Shown here piece after piece: positions 14,155 through 26,429 of a stretch of DNA of 64,000 bases. The notes below the pieces were generated by a model. That model was not told the DNA's origin, did no database searches, and worked only from the letters and a program-made list of their open reading frames with translations. The stretch comes from Chrysomallon squamiferum. Taxonomy: Eukaryota; Animalia; Mollusca. Made by a program: the position numbers and the translations under genes. Each line of letters opens with the position of its first letter. Positions within the stretch are counted from its first letter, which is position 1. The stretch spans positions 6,324,001-6,388,000 of the forward strand of contig CM022679.1 in the NCBI GenBank assembly GCA_012295275.1, written 5' to 3'.

Positions 14155-15546
14155 TCAGTCACTCACTGTAATACATCCCCCTTTCCTTGACAGGCATCTT
14201 TCCCTGTTATTCCAGTGATTCAGACAACACTTTGAACACTATAACACTTTGTTTTATCAGCATGCCAGTTATCTTGTACGCCTCTAAAGCTGGCACCTGG
14301 CCAAATATGGGACAGCAGAAAACCTTATGCTGTGTCCACGGAAGTAAACATTACACTAAAAATAAGTTGGAAAGACCTGAAAAAAAATAAAAACATTAAG
14401 TAAAGTATTCTTTGTCAATGTTAAGGTAATAGAAAATTTCAAAGTGACAAAGAATAATTTGGTGTACTGAGTATCCTTTGTTGGTGACGACAACCACCGA
14501 ACCATGACCAGTTAGCATTTGGCTTTAAGGCAGCTGTTACGAAGGGTTTTATGTGCTTTCAATACCAACTGTCATTAAGCAGATGACACAAAGAGACGAT
14601 CACTTAAAATACACATCTGTCTTTCAAATAAACAGAAATAAAAATAAACAAATTTTAGTAGTGAGATTTTGAAACATATTTTTAAAATAAACAGACATTT
14701 CCCTACACATAAAACAATATAAACAATCTTCATAAAACAAAATATGGGTTCATTTGGCTTAATAAAGAATCATACAATTTCTGAAGTAATTTATTATTAT
14801 AAGACATGAAATTAAAATTATTTATTATATGAGTGGTAATGGTTAAAGTCATTGTTTCCTGAAACATAATTCCAGTGAATACTTGTATTTTAAATAATTA
14901 AGTGAATCATATGTAATATGTGAATTCAATACACTGAAAGAAACATTATTTTTTGATTCATTTAATAAACAAAAAAAACAAAAAAAATAATAATAATAAC
15001 AATAATAGTTTTAAAAGTAATAAAAATATTTAGGATACTGTTTTTATTAATTTGTACTGATTAACTGAAAATGTTTTGGTGCAGACATGGGCTATTTTTA
15101 ACAAAAATAATATTATTTTAATGTTCTGAATATTTAATACATAATAATAAATATGTTGTCAAACATGAATGTAAATGTGCATATATGTAAATGTGTATAC
15201 ATAATATGAAAACATAAATAAATGTAATTACTTACTATTAATTCAATTTTGTCTATATACTAATTTACTATATAGTATACACAAATGTATAAATAAAGTA
15301 ATAAACTAATAAAGTCTAAAAGTAAAACTAACCAAATTGAACAATTATTAAAAACAAAGTTATAAAAGTAATTTGCTCTTGTTAATTTTAAGTAACAATA
15401 TATAATTATTCTAAAATTAAGATACATACTGGCACTTCAGTTTCAATTTATAACATTCGTTCTAGTTCTACGATGCTTATCAATATCAAGCTAAAATCTA
15501 GCTACTAACAATAATGATACTACCATAGACTTAACCAACAGCTTAC

Positions 15547-15780
15547 CTTAAGTTCAACCGCTTTCGTGTACATATCCTGGAATTCTGTTAAATATGTTTA
15601 ATACGTACAGCCCTGGCCTATCTAAAAACAAGCATACACTAAATACACCCGAACAGGTCAACCACTACATATGCAAAACTGTCATATTGTCCGACAGCGT
15701 TCCCTATCCGTGAGATATGAGTCGTTCCGCTTCGTTGTATGCCGTCAAATCCCGTTATATAGTCGGAGACACATTCCGGA
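15547..15780 (-). other. Probable non-coding first exon (5' UTR) of the membrane-protein gene
   Basis: Consensus donor AAG|gtaagc on the minus strand at 15547/15546, inside a CpG-rich patch. It would pair with the acceptor at 14377. The 5' end is approximate. Confidence 0.6.
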
Positions 15781-17121
15781 AAAATCCGACTGCTGATGAT
15801 AAACCGAATAAAAACTGTTAACCAGAAAGATATGTCAATTTAACAGTTATCAGGTGCGGATGCCACCAAATAATTAATGACTGTATAATGTTATGACGAC
15901 CTTTATTTATATAACGTAGTTAAACCGTAATCTAAACTTTAGCTAAATAAATAACTTTTTTCTTTATCAGTATTATTTCTTTAATTTTTTTTTCAATAAT
16001 TTGTTTTCTTTTTATTTATTTATTTATTTAACATAAGACTAATTGTCTAAGTATAAAATATAGTATTAGCAAACGGATTTTATCCATTCATATATCCAAA
16101 TATCCACCGATCCGTTCTTGGTATATTGTAATGGATTAGTCTAATTAAAACATGAATAGCAAATCTGAAATATTAATTACGCTAAACGTTCTTTATATAT
16201 AAAAGTATAGAAAATACTTGTATGTAGGCGTTCAATATCTAAGTTAAAAAATTAATTATATACATACTTACATTCATTAAAAAAAATAAAATAAAAAATA
16301 AACAGATTTAGCAATTTAGTAAATATTTTGAAAATGGGAAGACGTGTAACATTCGAGTAAAATAAAATAATAGTTTAATTTATGCATACACTGTCAGAAA
16401 TAATACAAAAATAAATTATTTTTCTGTCTAAAATAACTGAAAATGCGGCCGTATTGGTTTGTCACGATTCACAAAGTATAAACCACTGAGTACTAACTGA
16501 ACAACAGATATTAATACTTTAAATTTGAATAATTTCGAATTTTGTATTATGTAATGGAAATTGAAAATGTAACAGCTATATAAGTTAATATAATAATATA
16601 ATTATTTATAATATATTGCAAAATCTTTCTTCTTTTACTTCTCATCTTCTTTTCATTGAATTTCAATGTATATGGAAAGAAGAAAAACGAAGAATAAACA
16701 AAAAATCACTAAGCCTAATAAGATCATAATGATATCGTTATGTATCTGACATATTAACTAATACATATTTTCAAGTCTGAATCTTGTTTAAAGTATTTAT
16801 TTTTAATCAATTAACAGCATAAAAAGATAAACAAAGTTACATTTTCTATAAGATTATTCCGATATTTCATTAACAATGTAAATGACCTGATTTTGACAGG
16901 TTTGCTAATTAACAGTTTGAAGAGTCGTTTTGACAAGTCACTTACAAATAAACAGGTTTATAGACCGGAATAATATTCATAGAACTGCATAATAGATCTT
17001 TAATGAGCTTAATTAACTTTAATTATAGCTGTTGAATTAAGGTCGATATGAGATTGTCTTTCAGGATATTTGTGAAAATATGTCAGCGACGGATTTGGGA
17101 TTTCAGTAAAGAGAATGGCGC

Positions 17122-17207
<86 letters not shown>
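17122..17207. repeat. (CAT)n(CT)n compound microsatellite upstream of CRLF3
   Basis: Direct reading. Confidence 0.95.
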
Positions 17208-17214
<7 letters not shown>

Positions 17215-18022
17215 TATTATTTTTTGTTTATTGTTTCAAAGATAAATCCATGCAATTATTACTAATTTTTCAGTTACAAGGTTACATCACCAATGCGAAA
17301 TATTATTGGTGAAATAAAATAATAATAAAAAATAATACCATCTTTTTTCTTTTTCTTTTTTTTGTTTACAGAATTACCGTATACATCAGCTGTGAACAGA
17401 AATGTGAAAAAATTATTTGAAGGAAATAAAAGATATTTAAGCCAATAACTGTTCAAGAAATGCAAGACTAATTTCAGGAAAATAGCACGAATAGAGTTGC
17501 CTTGAAGATTCATCGGAGCATATCCGTGGCATACGCGACTGGTAGCTTGCAAACTTCAGTTATTTGATTTGTGCAATGACGGTGATTAGTATTATTATTT
17601 GCAGCCTTTTTTTTTTTTTTTCACGATACAATATTATATGTTTATTTAAATGTAGTTTGCATATTTATTTGAGAACGTAAATCAGTCTTCGATATGTACT
17701 TAGATGTAAAGATTTGGAGTTATCTCTCTTCCTGACTGATCTTTAGCATAGTATTAAAATTAATTTTAACTTTGAAAGTTACTGATAATTTAGAATATAG
17801 TAAAATTTATGGATTCAAAATATTATTATTTCCAAAATGATACACATCAGGTTTCCCCACCCCCCAATTAAATGAATAATTAATTTAACAGATAATGTTG
17901 GTTTTTTGTGGGGGTTTTTATATCTTGTTTTTCCAGAAACATGGTTCCATATTACCTTCTTATTTTGCAAATGAATTTATTATTTGTAATTTTATAAAGC
18001 ATGATAATAGCTTGACACGAAA

Positions 18023-21000
18023 ATGAGTGAAGAAATACTCCATAGTGCTTTGGACATCATAGATTCTGCTCATTCACAGACTTTCCAGTTATCAGAACTG
18101 TTAAACAATCTCCAAGAACTCAAACAACAGGTAAACTGAAATAATTTATGGATTAGATATAAGCATGGAAAGACATTATTAATTAATTTTTTGCTGTAAA
18201 TGTTAATAAAGTAAAATAATAATCTGAAAAAAACAACAAATTTTTGAGAATGAGTGACAATGATAACTAATAATGAGGAGTAGAAGTTTGAAAAAGGCTT
18301 TATATTACAAAAATACTGTTTAAGAGATTTAATAATTAAAAAATTTGGAACATTATTATTACAAAATGTTATTACAGCAGACAAATATTATAAAAACAAA
18401 TAAACTTTTTATTAGAGGGCTGTTAATAATTCATTTCTTTGAAAATAGTTTTTAATATTGTCTTCAGTTTGTTGCATATAATGAGAACATGTTTACATCA
18501 ATACATTTTAATATAAACTTATGTGGCAGACATTAAGATGAATAAAATTATGTGTAAATATTTTTTGTAATTTTTTTATTTTTAATTTTTAATTTAATTT
18601 AATTTTTTGGGTTGAAATGATTTCACTTAAGAGAGTATGCCTGCTACCATATGTGATTGTTTAATTTTTTAATTTAATTTAATTTTTCAATTTTTTATTT
18701 ATATGAACATTACCACAAAAAAAGAAAGAAAAGAAGGTATATATAAGCCATCCATGAGCACAGTAGAGTCACTAAGAAGATTTGAACCTGTCATTTCTAT
18801 ATCTTTAAAATACCAGGTTACAGCCCACTCCTATAGTTAATTGACCAGTGAACAAAAATACATTATTTTTAAAAATGTACTTTAAAAATCCTGAATAATT
18901 TAATTAAATTTTATTTTGGTTGAGATAGGTAAGGAGCAGTGCTGTTGACAGCAGGAACAAGATAGAGAGTCATTTTTCTGAATTGAAAACTGCTATTAAT
19001 GAAGCTCTTGATGTGAAACTAAGGATATTGCAGGATGAGATTAATAAGATTGAAAATGAAGCCATGACTCCGTTGACAGCTTGTGAGGAAGTCATACAGC
19101 AAGGCATTGACAATGCTGCACTTGTTATGGATGAAGGTTCAGTCTTTGTTTTTATTGATATTGACTATTAGTTCATGTCTGGGAAATTGTGAATGTGAAA
19201 ATTTATTTTGTTTAACAGTATCACTAAAATACATGATTTTCTGTCACTGACATATGGTATTTCTGACATGGTATACAACAGTGAATGAGTGAGTGAATAT
19301 TTGTTTTATAACACCTAATTTATTTTATAATAAACTGTTGTTAAATGTTAGTTGACATTCATCCTTTACTGTGTAACAATAAAAATAGAGTAAATGTACT
19401 AAATCACTATACAGTAGTTCATAAGATGTTTGTTTTTTTATTATTGTTTGAAATAATCTCAAATATAGTTTATTTCAAACATTTAAATATATTAAATAAT
19501 TTTCCTTTTTTTGAATTTGATTTTAAAAAGAAAAAAGAATAGGAGTTGTTTATAAATAATTTGATTAAAATTATAATAATTTCTAAATATATTGTTTATT
19601 TCTAGGAAAGTCTATACTACAAAATGGACCAGAAAATAGTCTGGAGAAAATGATTAAATTCAAAGACAACCCTTTGACTAAAAACTTGACAAGGTAATTG
19701 CTATCAGCCAACGTTTAGAGTACTGAAAGAGATACATACCAATATAACTTGCAGTACTTTTTATATTCCTTGAAATTCAAATGAAAGATTGAGAGAATAA
19801 TAGACTTTTGTTTTAAATCTTTGTTACATTTCATTTTTATAAGTTAATTTCTTTTCTTTTTTTTTAATTTGTAAAAACAGACCTGAAAAATTAAGTTATG
19901 CTAATTTCAGAGCATTTTTTTCTGCAAACCAGTTATTACATACCATTTATTTCTCCAAATTAGTTAAAAGACATTAAATATTAATGCTGAGAATTATTCT
20001 CTCAAGCACAAATTTTTAATTTAATTCACTTACAAATATTAGTAATATTGTTTGTTATAAAATAAATGGTTTTGTGAAACTGATAACTTAACTTTTTAAT
20101 TTAGTCTTCCAGAAATCCCTTGTCGATCAGCTGTGGCAAATATCACAGTACAGTTATCAAATAAACTGCTGAGTCAGATTTCTGAGTTAATACAGAATGA
20201 AGGGAGAGTGATTGGGCAGGCACCAGTCACCATTACAGACATTGAAGAGAGACCAGGCAGCTTGTTAGTTAGATGGAATGAGGTAAAAAAAGATAAAAAA
20301 AAAGAAGTCATTTAATAATTTTGATAATGTCTATTGCTTTATAATTTCTTTTACAGACTAAATCATATATCCACCTGACAGAAGTGCAGTGCATTTATAT
20401 ATAATTATGTACACAATACATAAATATAGTAATAATTATAGTAATACAGAGAAATGCAAGCAAACAAATCTATATGTTAATGTTTTTATACATACTTAGC
20501 AGATTAACAATGAACTGTTTAAGAATATGCAACATAACCATACATTTATATTTCACAATGGTTATCTACAATTCATCAAGCAGATAGGTCATAGTGTTAA
20601 ATGTCTTAACTTTCTCAATCCTAGTCATCTAATTTTATTTGTAAGACTTGGTTCTCAGGATCTTAAATAATCTATATTGGATACCATGTTTTAATCTCTA
20701 GGTTGATGAAGACACAGATATAACAGAGTTTTGCCTGCAGTATTCATATGGAAACATTAAGTCTAATGATGACAAGAAAGCTTCTTTTCACACTGCCTAT
20801 GTGGGACCAGAAACTTCCTACATTGTTAAACAGTTAAGAACTAACACCTTGTACTCATTCCGAGTTGCTGGAAGAACTGATCCTGAATTGCCATGGGACA
20901 TTTTTAGCATTCCTGTTGCTGCCTCTACAACAATACCTCACTACCGTAAGTCTTCACTTGCATATTATAAGTACAATTTGAATTTTCTTTAAAGAATAAA

Positions 21001-22125
21001 AAAAAAAGTTTAATGAAAACTGACCAATGTATTATGACATAGATATAAACATTTATGTATATTAATATTGTAAACTGATGAATAAAATCATTTGGTGCAT
21101 AGATAGTTATAAACAGAAAATGTTTTGTTCATATACCTTTAAAAAAAACCTTAAAACAGTATTTTTATTGATGTTTCTCAAATAACTTTTTTATTTATAA
21201 TAATTAAGTGTTCTAAGCTATTTAGATCCATAAAAAAATCTGACTGGGGCTTTTCCCTATTTTTATTTTAATATTTTATAAAATTATTGTTATGTTACCT
21301 CCTTTAGATAATTTGTTGTTCAAAAAATATCTTCAAAAATATGTTTTTTCTTTAGAATGGTCACCTGACACTGAAGGATACTCAACAAGCAATGAAGATA
21401 AAACTGCTACAAGAACAAATGAGGGTGTCACTTGTGTACTGTATTCCAAAACTGCCAGTATATCGCCCGGTGAACAAATAACATTTAAAGTTTTAGATGC
21501 TGGGGAGAAGTCACTGGGTGATGGAGTTGGGTTAGCCTGGTCAACAGACAACAGAGAAAGCTTGGTTGGAATTGGCACTGTTTTTGTTAATATAAATGGT
21601 ACGTGTATGTGTTAAAGTTGAACAAAGGCAAAGTCTTCAGGCAGTGGTATCAAAAATAAAATGAAAAAAAACTTCTTAATGGCATTTTTACTTATTTAAT
21701 ATTGTACTATTTTTGTTTGATTCACAGTCTAATAGAAATCGTCATTTTAAATTAATTAACATTTACTTAAATACATTTAACATGTATATATATATTTTAC
21801 ATATATATTTAATTTTCTTGAATATATTATTTCAGGTTATGTTTTTGTTGATGGTTTGGAAATGAAAATGCGATTACCTCCCTTGACAAAAGGGTCTACC
21901 CTGACTTTCCAGACTGAACCTCTACCTAATGGTAAAGTTAGAATTCTTGTTCAGATAAAAGACAAAGAAATGGCATTTGACTGGACAATACAACAACCTG
22001 TTGACCTTTTGAATTTTGCTGGACTTCCACAGATGGGTTTTCCTTTGCAGAGACAAGCTTCTGCAAATCAGATGTTTTTTGCACTGAAGTTTAGTCATGA
22101 GTACTGGAAAATCAGTGTTGAATAA
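18023..22125 (+). CDS. CRLF3: Cytokine receptor-like factor 3 (coiled coil, FN3, C-terminal SPRY-like domain), 452 aa
   Basis: Seven phase-consistent GT-AG exons: 18023-18130, 18929-19136, 19606-19693, 20105-20282, 20702-20945, 21356-21598, 21836-22125 (1359 nt). Motifs QAPVTITDIEERPGSLLVRW, AYVGPETSYIV..LYSFRV, VFVDGLEMKMRLPPLTKGSTLTF, EMAFDW..WKISVE fit the CRLF3 family. Confidence 0.9.
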
Positions 22126-24474
22126 CACTTTTATTACTTAGTTGGTTGCTGAATAAAAACTTTTATTTATAAAAATATTTTTATTTTTGGCACTGAAGAA
22201 AATAATGCTACACTTAAAATTGAAACTTTAAATTGTTACTTCAACAGAAATCATGGCACACATTCTTATTAATACAATATTTTTTCAGAAATAATTTATG
22301 AAGAATTTTGGGCTGGGGAGGAGTATTGTTTTTTTGTGGTGGGGCTTAGTGATAGAACCAAAATTCTGGATTTCTTTGTTTTTATTTTCTTTCCAGCATG
22401 TAATGTATTTGTTATAAGTAATAAACATTCTGGACAACAGTGTTAAGAAATCAGATAGATTTATTAAGCAACTGCTTAGATAACTTGATAACTATAATGG
22501 TAAATGTTAAACCTTATCAAATAATCTTATCCACTTATTTTGTAGTGCGTGTGTGTGTGTGCTTGCAAAGGATATAATTATATGTAGTAATTCTACACTT
22601 CTACTGGATCTTTTAAAATTATTATTTTGGTGTGTGTCATCCAATTTCAATATCGTTTGTGATCTGGTTTGCCATCATAATGGAAAAGAAAACTGTTTTT
22701 CACAAGATGTTTCTATCTTACCTCATTATTCTGTGTTTATCTTCATTTTTCATGCAGTGTATGTCTTAAATAATTTGTGTAAATAGATAATTGTGTTGTC
22801 TTTCTCCCACATCCCTTCTTTTTCTGAAATTTTACTTTTCATTTATTGAAATAATTTATGTATAAGACCTTTGGTTTGTGTTTTTCTGTGCTGATACTTT
22901 TCTCTTGTTTTTTCAAACGATCTCATACATCCATATAATACTTGACCTTTGTTGTTGTCCCACTGAATAATAACATCCATTCAATGATATGCACGAATCT
23001 GGGGGTTTTTTATTTAAAAATTATCTTTAGTTTGATATCATTTTATCTAAATTGTTACTGCATTAATATGCTACTTGTACATATCTAAACTTTGTTAGCT
23101 ACCGTCCTGGTTATTACAATATACAATCTATTCTGGTTTTAAATGCAGCTTGTTATAAATAGTTCACTGATGGTTATTTTAAGTTGAAATACAGATTTTT
23201 TACATTTTTATGCAATGTTTGATAAGTAAGCATTAATTATTTTTACCATTGCAAGATTTGGTTAAATTTGCAAATAAAACTGAAATGAATTTTCATTTCT
23301 GATTATAAAAGACAATAAAGATAATTGTCCATAAACATTTGTTTCACATTGGTATAAACAAATTTAAATACTTTCAGAGGAAATAAAGTGTATAGACATG
23401 TAAAAATGATAATATAAATTATTTCCAAAACTTTCATTTTAAAATTTGATTTAAAAAAAATAATTCCATGTAATTAAATGTTAAAACTGATATTCTGTTA
23501 AAGTTCACAACTGTTGGATTCTACTTTTTAAATCATTTGTTACATATATTGTATATTCTGCAAATGTTAATATCTAAAATCTCAGATATTTTATGCAGGC
23601 TTGTTCACATAATTTCAGATTTGTCATATGCTGTGATATCCTGAATATTTATCATAAAACAAATTGAATCTACTTATTAAGCTGAGCTATTTTAAGACAT
23701 TGGATTATCATGTTATATATTTTTCATGGATTGGATATTAATTAAAATGGTTATCTGCAATACAGAATGTTTTGTCATTATAATGGATATACAGAGAACA
23801 GAAAAATGATTTTTTTAATTTCTATTGCAAACTGTTTTAAAATGACTTAAGAGTTTTATTCCATTGTTGTTCCACAATATTGCTAATCAGTGTCATTAAC
23901 ACATAAATGGAAAAATATTTTTATAATGCACTGTTATTTCCTTGAATATATCTTGCAACTATTTTTGATAATGCACAGCATGATTTTTATTTACATCCCA
24001 GACATTTTTATTAACCTTTCTCAAACTGGATAAAAAGTATTTTCAATGGGCGGTCTGTTTAGGAAGCAAATATCTATAAATATTAGATAATTTGTCTTTT
24101 CAAAGAAAATCTCAACCTGTATGATAATGAATTTTTATATATTTATTTAATTTTTTATTTTTTATTTTTTTTAAATTCAATTATGAAAAAATAAAAAAAA
24201 ATAAAAATTCTTTACAGTATTGCATTTTATTTGTTAAGTTTTAGTTAAGTGTATTTTGTCCAAAGATAATGCATTTCCTAGTCACTTGATTTAAAATTTT
24301 ATCCGAGTACAAATTTGGAATAACAGGAAAAGAACAGGTCTTTCAATCCTGACATCATATCCTTTTTGAATAAAACATTTTGTGTTAACTGTTAATATAG
24401 TCTGTTGTATTATACCCCAAAGTTCTTATCAAAATGTATATAATTCAGGGAAGTGGAAAGTTTATTTGCTCATT

Positions 24475-24480
24475 AATAAA
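24475..24480 (+). terminator. Candidate distal polyadenylation signal of CRLF3
   Basis: AATAAA followed ~20 nt later by a GT/T-rich element (ttttgttgtttgttg). Other AATAAA hexamers lie nearer the stop, e.g. 22152. Confidence 0.4.
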
Positions 24481-24607
24481 AATATCTTGAAATTAAAGTA
24501 TTTTGTTGTTTGTTGCTAAATTTTATATTAGTGAGACAAATTAACTGATTATTTAATATATTGCTCAACATCTTTCAATATTAAATTTTATTAAACAATG
24601 TGAAAAT

Positions 24608-24720
24608 AAAACCATTGCCACCAGCTGATGGACCACTCTCTTTAGCAGCAACAGATTTGTTGTATACACATTCCTACAGGCAGAAAATATTTAAGTCTTC
24701 AATAAACCATTTGTGATAGT
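24608..24720 (-). mobile_element. Decayed SINE-like repeat
   Basis: ttagcagcaacagatttgttgtatacacattcctacaggcag matches the shared core. Confidence 0.55.
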
Positions 24721-25301
24721 AATCAAACAACCCTGTATCTTAAAAGGTTAAGTAATAAGGTGTGCCTAATGGTTTGAAGTTTATCTTCAATAATGACTTA
24801 ATTGCCTAATTTGCTTTCTTGGCTAGTATTTGTATATAGTTTTGGTTGTGGCAGTAATTTAATACATTTTTTTAGCATATGTCAAGACATTTCAATTAAT
24901 GTCCATTGATGCATTTATCATTATTCTTAATTCCTTGTTAGCAGACTGGATGCATTAATACATTTATCATTTAACTTGTGTTTTGGAAGATTTAATTGTT
25001 ACTTAAACTAACATTTTTAATGTGCCATGCTTCACTGTGACAAAACTAAATGCACTAACTCAGTACATTTAATCTTTACTTCTATGGCAACATTCCAGGG
25101 ATAATACTTCTTGGATTAAATAATTTTATTTTCAAACAGGTTCCCAGAAGTATTGAACTACATAATTATATGGATACTCTCACACACATATATACTCGTA
25201 TGTAGATAAATAAATGCACATACACATTAGTTTTTATTTTTACTTTTCTTTATTGTTTGCATGTCTCTTTGTTTCAAAAAATATATACATTTATCATACT
25301 A

Positions 25302-25417
25302 CAGGTACTGAACCAATTATCCAGATTCCTTGGGGCCTGTGGCATTCCAGATTTCTGGATTTTGTTGGAATACATATATAATTAGGCATAAACACCAGAT
25401 AATTGGTCTAGTACCTG
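25302..25417. mobile_element. Short non-autonomous DNA transposon (MITE), Tc1/mariner-pogo-like
   Basis: TIRs caggtactgaaccaattatc and gataattggtctagtacctg match 18/20 as an inverted pair; TA flanks both ends (25300-25301, 25418-25419). Confidence 0.75.
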
Positions 25418-26429
25418 TATATACATGTAATTTCTTTATCTTTTGAAATTAGAATATCTGAATCAAGAATAATGTTACGTTTATATGTCTACTCTTTTTT
25501 TTACGTGTATGTGTGATCATATGAATCAGTACATATATCATTATATGTCTATAGTAAATACAGGGCAATTCTCTTTGTAAAAGCCTTTCATCATTATTCT
25601 TATTGTTGTTTATACTACAAAGACATTATATTTGTTACTATCAACAACAATGCTATATTTATAATGGCTACATTTTATACTTTTATTGTATGCAGTTAAT
25701 GTGTTATAGGTCTGTAATTTATTTATTTATTGAAAATAGTATTACTGAATCAAGTACAATGTTATGTTTATAATGTCTACATATTTTAGAAATATGTGTA
25801 TCACATGACGGTTTAAATATATTTATATCTCCATGGCTTCATGTAGAAAATTGTCTTCATTAACATTAATCAGCTACCATTATTACGCTATTATTGAAAA
25901 TGACATTATATATATATTAATAAAAAAAATAATTCTTACAGAAATAAAGATATTGCAACCAATCTGCAGCTGAAGGATAAAATTATCTTGTAATCATTCA
26001 GTGGAGAGAAAAATATATTTTAGCCAAACCTGTAATCTGTACCAATAAATCAGTTATATTACTGCTTAACCCACCGGGCAGTGGTGAGATCAAATAGTTA
26101 AAACTTCTTAAGTATGTTCAACATTTAATTTCTGAACACATGTAGAAAAGAACTGATTCTGAAAAATATGTACCTGAGTAAATCAAATTACAGTCAGTGA
26201 TCTAAAGAATTATTTGTGTTTTGTACAAGTGAACCTACCCTTAATAATAAAATTTAGGGTAAAATGGCATTTCAGTCAACAAAAGCAGCTGGTAATGTCT
26301 ATCTGATACATCCGATTTAAAACACAGAGCAAGGATTTAAAGACATGTCTCTCAGTTTCAACACACATCTGATATCCTTGTTTGGAAAATAATTGTTTTC
26401 TTTCCATGTACCAGGTTACTCCAATTCAC

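Larger units (their letters stand above)
15450..17700. promoter_or_regulatory. CpG-retaining divergent promoter region between the membrane-protein gene and CRLF3
   Basis: CpGs are locally abundant against depleted flanks. ETS-like TTCCGGAA at 15774-15781 and ACCGGAA at 16964-16970; palindromic YY1-like ATGGCGCCAT at 17115-17124. Confidence 0.55.

Noticed and set aside
14471-14479. GTATCCTTT resembling a U12 5' splice site
   Set aside because: It is on the strand opposite the host gene with no associated exon; all modelled introns look like U2-type GT-AG.
17048-17312. ORFs with poly-Ile, poly-Ser and SL repeats
   Set aside because: They are translations of the (CAT)n(CT)n microsatellite.
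21333-21578. Antisense ORFs over real exons (also 13193-13396, 21922-22128, 30592-30792, 31331-31513, 43261-43452)
   Set aside because: Shadow ORFs of coding exons on the opposite strand, with no independent support.
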